Shown one piece after another: positions 58,387-64,000 of a DNA stretch of 64,000 bases (position 1 is its first letter; each line of letters opens with the position of its first letter). This DNA is from Thermoplasmatota archaeon. GTDB taxonomy: Archaea; Thermoplasmatota; Thermoplasmata; Halarchaeoplasmatales; Halarchaeoplasmataceae. The notes below the pieces were generated by a model, which saw only the letters and a list, made by a program, of their open reading frames with translations, was not told the origin of the DNA and searched no databases. The stretch is taken from positions 19,585 through 83,584 of the forward strand of contig JAGXLF010000002.1 in assembly GCA_018334835.1 (NCBI GenBank), read 5' to 3'. Position numbers and translations under genes: made by a program.

Positions 58387-61179
58387 GTGAAAGGTAAATT
58401 GGGCGCTTTTGATCTTTTATCGGATGATATAAGGGCTGTATTATCAGAAGTCGGTATCGAAGAGGAGACTAGACCTCAGGAGGATGCTATTCCTCCAATA
58501 TTGGACGGCAAAAATACATTGGTGATTGCCCCAACCGGTATAGGTAAAACCGAAGCCGCTTTCCTTCCAATTTTGGACAAAATTCTGTCTGAAGATAGAG
58601 AGGGTTTTTCACTCCTTTACATAACGCCGCTTAAAGCCTTGAACCGTGATATGATAAGGAGGATTCAAGAGTTCTCGGATAGATTGGATTTCAGGGTAGG
58701 AGTTAGACACGGTGATACAAGCCGCAAAGAGAGAAGAAAACAGGCGGAGAACCCACCAGAAGTATTGATAACAACCCCTGAAACTCTTCAGATTATGTTC
58801 ACAGGCCACAAATTGAGAAAGGGACTCAAGAATGTCAGGCACGTTGTTGTAGATGAACTGAACGAATTAGCAGAAGATGAAAGAGGTAGTCAATTGTCTC
58901 TAGCTTTGGAGCGTTTAGCCGAACTCTGTGGTAATGACTTTCAAAGAGTAGGACTTTCAGCGACCGTTGGATCCCCCGAAAAGGTTAAGGACTTTTTGGT
59001 CGGGATGGGCAGAGACGGGATCATAATAGAAACGACTGGTAAAAGAGAGTTGGACATAAAAGTAGAAAAACCTGTGCAAAGAGAAGATAAAGACAAAAAA
59101 CTTGCGGAGATGATGAGATGTGATATAGAAAAGGCATCTTCTCTTCGGCTGTGTAGAGAACTGATAGAGGATCACACTTCTACATTATTTTTTGTGAATA
59201 CTAGAGATACCGCTGAATCACTTTCTTCTTCCTATACACTCTGGAAAGAAGAAGATCCTGAGATCACCGATTTTCCTATCGGAGTTCACCATGGATCGCT
59301 CTCTAAAGACGCGAGGATAGAGATGGAAGAGCGATTCAAAAAGGGCGAATTGAAAGGACTGATCTGCACCTCCTCGATGGAGTTAGGTATAGACGTCGGT
59401 AAAACTGACCTAGTCTTGCAGTATCAGTCACCTCGACAAGTGACGCGATTGATACAAAGAGTGGGAAGATCTGGTCATAAGATAAATGAGATCTCTAAGG
59501 GCAGGATAATCTCTACAACAAAAGACGACATACTCGAAGGGGTAGTGATATCTAAAAGAGGGAAGATAAGAAATCTTGAAAAAACAGACATTCCTGAACA
59601 GCCATTGAGTGTTCTAGCGAATCAATTGATAAGTACCGTTCATACCGAAAAAGAGATAGAACCTGATAAATTTTTCAAATTAGCTAAAAGGTCGTATCCT
59701 TTCAAATTGTTAGAAAAAGAAAGTTTTGATGATTTGATAGAACAACTAGCTGAGATCAGAGTTATATGGAAAGAAGGCGACAAGATAGGAAAACGAAGAG
59801 CTTCTCTAAATTACTTTTACAATAATATCTCCATGATACCCGATGAAAAGACTTACCTACTTCGGAACTTCTCGAGCGATTCTGTTATAGGCACTCTCGA
59901 CGAAAGTTTTGTAGCTAGCAATATTCAGGAGGGGGAAGTCATAACGCTTCAGGGGAAAGCATGGAGGGTAGTAGATATGAAGGAAGAAGAGGTGCTAGTC
60001 GACAAAGTCGGAAATATTGGGAAAATCCCGGATTGGACAGGTGAAGATATACCCGTGCCTTTCGAAGTGGCTCAAGAAGTAGGGAGATTAAGAAGGAATG
60101 ACACAAACATTCAATTAAATGAATATCCAATCAGTGAATCTGCCAAAGAAGCCTATGAAGAATACTTGGAAAGTCAACAAGACCATGAGATACCAACAGA
60201 TTCCAAGATAGTCATCGAGGTGGAAAAAGAAACTGCTGTAGTCAATGCGTGTTTTGGTACCTTGGTTAATGAGACTTTAGGTCATGTCTTCGCATCTCTT
60301 TTGTCTGCAAGACTAGGAGAAAGTGTAGGTCTCCAAACCGACCCTTACAGGATAATGATGAATCTCCCGAGAAGAATCGATACCTCGATGATAAAGGATA
60401 TATTATTCGAAACTCGAGCTGAAAGCCTTGAAGAGTTGATGGAAAAGAGCCTTCGAAGCTCTAACTTTTTTAATTGGAAATTTCTACATGTTGGAAAGAA
60501 ATTTGGGGCTATCGAAAAAGATGCAGATTGGCGTAAGATAAATATGGACAAGATTATAGATACTTTCGAAGATACTATACTTTATAGAGAAGCTGTCAAA
60601 AAGACCTTCCGTGACAATATGGATATCGATCAGACAAAAAACATCTTGAAAGAGATAGATGAGGGAGAAATAGATGTAGTTATATCTGAAAAAGGCATAT
60701 CTCCGATAGGAAAAGCTGGTTTAGAAAAACATGAGGAATTTTTAAGCCCTGACAGGGTCAGCAAAGCGGTATTAGATTCTTTAAAAGAACGGTTAGAGTC
60801 TGAAAAGGTCATAATGAAATGTCTTAGGTGTGGGAACAGGAGAAGAAAGCGCGTGAGGGATGTTAAAAAACCTAGTTGTCCACAATGCGGTTCATCGATG
60901 GTAGCACCATTGAGACCTTACGATGACGAAACTCTTGTAGATAAAGAGAATGATGAGTTGACAAAGGATGAGAAAAAAGAACTGAAGAAGTATTATAAAT
61001 TAGCTGAATTGGCTAGGGTGCATAAAAAAAGAGCTGTGATGGCCTTATCTGCTAGAGGCATAGGTCATCAAAAGGCTGGTAGAATACTTTCTAAAAGACA
61101 TTTAGAGGAGGAAAATTTTTTGAGAGATGTACTCGAAGGGGAAATAGAATATGCTAGAACGAAAAGATTTTGGGATTGA
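58387..61179 (+). CDS. lhr: Lhr-type large SF2 helicase with a C-terminal zinc ribbon.
   Basis: VIAPTGIGKTEAAFLPIL (motif I), DELNEL (II), helicase-C motifs, Lhr WH/domain-4 region, CLRCGN...CPQCG. Confidence 0.75.
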   Translation: MKGKLGAFDLLSDDIRAVLSEVGIEEETRPQEDAIPPILDGKNTLVIAPTGIGKTEAAFLPILDKILSEDREGFSLLYITPLKALNRDMIRRIQEFSDRLDFRVGVRHGDTSRKERRKQAENPPEVLITTPETLQIMFTGHKLRKGLKNVRHVVVDELNELAEDERGSQLSLALERLAELCGNDFQRVGLSATVGSPEKVKDFLVGMGRDGIIIETTGKRELDIKVEKPVQREDKDKKLAEMMRCDIEKASSLRLCRELIEDHTSTLFFVNTRDTAESLSSSYTLWKEEDPEITDFPIGVHHGSLSKDARIEMEERFKKGELKGLICTSSMELGIDVGKTDLVLQYQSPRQVTRLIQRVGRSGHKINEISKGRIISTTKDDILEGVVISKRGKIRNLEKTDIPEQPLSVLANQLISTVHTEKEIEPDKFFKLAKRSYPFKLLEKESFDDLIEQLAEIRVIWKEGDKIGKRRASLNYFYNNISMIPDEKTYLLRNFSSDSVIGTLDESFVASNIQEGEVITLQGKAWRVVDMKEEEVLVDKVGNIGKIPDWTGEDIPVPFEVAQEVGRLRRNDTNIQLNEYPISESAKEAYEEYLESQQDHEIPTDSKIVIEVEKETAVVNACFGTLVNETLGHVFASLLSARLGESVGLQTDPYRIMMNLPRRIDTSMIKDILFETRAESLEELMEKSLRSSNFFNWKFLHVGKKFGAIEKDADWRKINMDKIIDTFEDTILYREAVKKTFRDNMDIDQTKNILKEIDEGEIDVVISEKGISPIGKAGLEKHEEFLSPDRVSKAVLDSLKERLESEKVIMKCLRCGNRRRKRVRDVKKPSCPQCGSSMVAPLRPYDDETLVDKENDELTKDEKKELKKYYKLAELARVHKKRAVMALSARGIGHQKAGRILSKRHLEEENFLRDVLEGEIEYARTKRFWD

Positions 61180-61292
61180 ACTTTTTATATTTTGTATATT
61201 TCGCAAAAAGTTATTAATGAGTTGATACGTAAGAAAATATAATCAAATTATAAATATCATTTAGAAACAAAAAATTGTAATGAGGAAAATTT

Positions 61293-63752
61293 ATGCAAAA
61301 TGAAGAAAACCCCTCTCAGGAACAAAATATCAAAGATTTAAAACGCATCCCTTCTATCGGAAATCTGACTGTTCAAGTTCTTATAGATGCGGGTTTTGAT
61401 TCAGTTTCTAAATTGAAGAAGGCTGATCTCGATGATCTCGCATCTATTGATCATATCGGAGAAAATCTTGCAAGAAATATCCTCAAAGAGGTTCGAAAGG
61501 GGTCTTTGAGTGATCATGAAAAAAAGGAAACTCGCACTCTTGAATTTAGATGCCCTGTTTGTGATAGATTTACCTTAGCCGAAGAGGATAAATGTCGGGA
61601 ATGCAAAGAACCCATCGAGTTAATTTCTGGCGTTATTCTACCGGATCGAGGGATGATCGAAGATCCAAAAAAGACGTTGGCTAAAGTAGAAGAAAATATT
61701 TTGAAAGATGGAGGTGATGCCGAAAGCTGGTTCATAAGAGGATCGATACTGGAGAGTATAGGGGCAAACCGGAAGGCTCTAGAATCTTTTGATAGAGTCA
61801 TAGAGTTGGACCCTCTTTTCGATTATGTTTGGAATGCTAAAGCTAATGTCTCTTTAAAAATCGGCGACACTGAAGAAGCTGCTAAAGCCTACATACTCGC
61901 CTTCGATGCACACAAGGCCCCAAAAGATATCACCTTGGAAATAGAAGAAGAGAAAACTTCTAGAGAAATAACAGAATTGAAAGAAAAGGATGAAGTTGAT
62001 GAAGAATTAGATGATAAAATCTCCAAAGCTCGAGAACTCCTTGAAAAATTAGATGAAGAAGAGAAAGATATTTCAGAGATAACCGCTGACCTAGATGTCG
62101 TAATAGAGGAGAAGATAGAGGGAAATAAAACGAAGGCATTGGAGATGGTGGATGACATAATAAAAAAATGTCAAAGGTTATCCGATACAGGAAGGAATAA
62201 ATTTGAAAAAGATTTGGAGGACATCGAAGAAATCATCGATAAAGGGGAAGAAAAGGGTTTCGACTTAGAAATGGTAAAGAAAGACTTTGATGAACTAAAA
62301 AAGAGATTTGAGAGCGAAGATAAAGTTCAGGAAGAAATGACCGATCGGTTAGAAGAAATCAAACAGAAAGGAGAAAATATATTGTCTTTAAGATCTAATA
62401 TCTCTAAGATCGAGGATCTGCTCAGTAAAAATAAAGAATATCTGAGCACGAGCGAATACGAAGAGGGAATAGAAGAGATAGAAGATCTATTCAAGGAGGG
62501 AAACTCTGAGAAAGCAATAGAACGTTCTAGAAAATTGAAGAAGGATGTCGAAACAGAAATAAAAAAAGCTGGAGATAAAGAGAAGCTCGAAAGTAAAGCT
62601 GAAACGAACCTTGCTAAAGCTAGAAAAAAACTCTCGGAGTTGAGGGAAACGAATTTCGATATCAACAAGTTGAAGAAACTTTTGAAGAATTCCAATGAGG
62701 CTAGAAAGGAAGATGATCTAGAAAAGAGTATCACTTTGACAGAAAAGTTCATCGACTCGGCAGATAAAATGATCGAATTGTCTGAGATCATCGAAAAAGT
62801 CGAAAAGAAGATCGAAGTATTGGATGAAAAAAACCTTGTAGATAAAGACCGCCTTACTTATGAAATCGATCAGTACAAAAAATTAACAAAAGTCGAAAAG
62901 TACGAGTTAGCTGAGGAGTTTCTTTCCGAGACATTTGAAGAAATAGAAGAGGCTCTTGAAGAAGAAAACATGATCCCGCCTAAAGAATATGAAATGCATG
63001 ACTCAGCCGCCCAGATACCTACCCAAATAAAAGAAAAAGTAAGAAATGTAAAAGAACTTAACAACCTTGTAGAAAGAGCTGAGATCGAGATAGAAGTCAA
63101 TAGAAAACCATTAAAAAAGGCTATAATCATGATAAAAGATCTAAAGTACGAGAAAGCAGACCAGATACTTACGGATTGGAAGAAAAATTTGATCGATATA
63201 TTGAACTACGAAATAAATGATAGATTGGAGACCTTGCAAAGAAAATTAGATGATTTAGATCTAACATCTGCTCAGCGTAGAGGAAAAGCTATATTGGAAA
63301 ATATTGAAAGAAAATGGAACCTTAGAGCGTATGAAGAAGCCCTTGACGAACTTATCTATGCTTCAAATTTTATCAATGAATTTCACGAGAAGAATACAAA
63401 GATGGATAAACAGATCTATCTGTTTACACAGTTGATTGAAGATTTTCAGGGACTTGGGGATAAAACGGAAGAGTTTGAAGAGCTATTGAGTACCGCAAGA
63501 GAAAATAAAGAAAATGAAGAAGTGTTCAAAGAAACTTTAGAAGAGATGAAAGAAAGACTGAGAGGAAATCTGACAGATATTATAAATAAAGAGCTAAAAG
63601 AGCTTGAAGATAGATTACAAAGACTTGATAGAAAAAAAGTAGTTATGGCCATCAGTAATCTGATAGAAGGAAAATCGAGTTTGGACGAGGGGAATACAGA
63701 AAAAGCATCTTGGTATATGAGAGAATATAAAGATATTTTAGAAAAGGGCTGA
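61293..63752 (+). CDS. Hypothetical multidomain protein: HhH DNA-binding motif, C4 zinc ribbon, TPR-like segment and an acidic coiled-coil of about 600 aa.
   Basis: LKRIPSIGNLTVQVLIDAGFDSVSKL...IDHIGENLARNI (HhH2); CPVCDRF...CRECKEP; long E/K/D heptad-rich tail. Confidence 0.5.
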   Translation: MQNEENPSQEQNIKDLKRIPSIGNLTVQVLIDAGFDSVSKLKKADLDDLASIDHIGENLARNILKEVRKGSLSDHEKKETRTLEFRCPVCDRFTLAEEDKCRECKEPIELISGVILPDRGMIEDPKKTLAKVEENILKDGGDAESWFIRGSILESIGANRKALESFDRVIELDPLFDYVWNAKANVSLKIGDTEEAAKAYILAFDAHKAPKDITLEIEEEKTSREITELKEKDEVDEELDDKISKARELLEKLDEEEKDISEITADLDVVIEEKIEGNKTKALEMVDDIIKKCQRLSDTGRNKFEKDLEDIEEIIDKGEEKGFDLEMVKKDFDELKKRFESEDKVQEEMTDRLEEIKQKGENILSLRSNISKIEDLLSKNKEYLSTSEYEEGIEEIEDLFKEGNSEKAIERSRKLKKDVETEIKKAGDKEKLESKAETNLAKARKKLSELRETNFDINKLKKLLKNSNEARKEDDLEKSITLTEKFIDSADKMIELSEIIEKVEKKIEVLDEKNLVDKDRLTYEIDQYKKLTKVEKYELAEEFLSETFEEIEEALEEENMIPPKEYEMHDSAAQIPTQIKEKVRNVKELNNLVERAEIEIEVNRKPLKKAIIMIKDLKYEKADQILTDWKKNLIDILNYEINDRLETLQRKLDDLDLTSAQRRGKAILENIERKWNLRAYEEALDELIYASNFINEFHEKNTKMDKQIYLFTQLIEDFQGLGDKTEEFEELLSTARENKENEEVFKETLEEMKERLRGNLTDIINKELKELEDRLQRLDRKKVVMAISNLIEGKSSLDEGNTEKASWYMREYKDILEKG

Positions 63753-63759
63753 TTGGAGA

Positions 63760-64000
63760 GTGAAGGTCAAAAGAGAGCTAGATATAGAAGTTCATGAAGG
63801 TGTATATGAGCCTTCAGACGATACGTATTTGTTATTGGATATAATCCAACTAGAAGGACAGAAGGAAATTCTAGAGATCGGTTGTGGTTCCGGGATAATT
63901 TCTCTTCACTGTAGTGCCCAAGGTTGTAATGTACTCTCAGTAGATAGAGACGAAAAAGCTCTCAAAAACACTAAAATAAATGCTAAGAAAAACAACTTAG
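63760..64000 (+). CDS. HemK/Mtq2-like SAM-dependent methyltransferase, 3'-truncated at the window edge; GTG start.
   Basis: VYEPSDDTYLLLD...EIGCGSGIIS, the family-typical N-terminus and SAM motif I. Confidence 0.6.
   Translation, partial: MKVKRELDIEVHEGVYEPSDDTYLLLDIIQLEGQKEILEIGCGSGIISLHCSAQGCNVLSVDRDEKALKNTKINAKKNNL

Overview
This 64 kb window reads as a low-GC (about 40% by eye) archaeal chromosome segment. The archaeal call rests on an intron-containing tRNA-Val, an initiator tRNA with A1:U72, a membrane-bound LonB protease, Hef- and Lhr-type helicases, and fused PorG/PorD in a por-ior oxidoreductase operon. Many proteins are strongly acidic, especially the giant secreted ones and the coiled-coil proteins, which is consistent with a salt-adapted small archaeon, possibly DPANN or Nanohaloarchaeota-like; that assignment is an inference I could not confirm.

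Core housekeeping content:
- DNA repair and replication: mutS-mutL with an endonuclease-type MutL, a Hef-like helicase and Lhr.
- Central metabolism: a porGD-porA-porB-iorA-iorB operon, glycerate 2-kinase, and TldD/PmbA next to QueE.
- Sugar-nucleotide metabolism: GlmM plus a GlmU-like gene, and SDR plus NDP-sugar transferase plus WecB.
- Other: LonB, several transporters, and two tRNAs.

Accessory and unusual content:
1. A GC-rich tnpB-only IS200/IS605-family element lies between divergent genes; its two ends carry hairpins with an identical 10-nt loop and covarying stems.
2. Three paralogous AAA_16/STAND-type NTPase-TPR proteins lie within 35 kb, one of them fused to an N-terminal wHTH domain.
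3. A 1129-aa hyper-acidic secreted protein is built of about 10 Ca-binding SdrD-B/Cna-B-like repeats, each carrying a conserved N-x-T sequon.
4. A 976-aa acidic type-I surface protein has a long charged cytoplasmic tail.
5. A non-acidic sulfotransferase-GT4-TauE/SafE module sits beside the wHTH-STAND gene.

No CRISPR array, cas gene, rRNA or prophage was seen.
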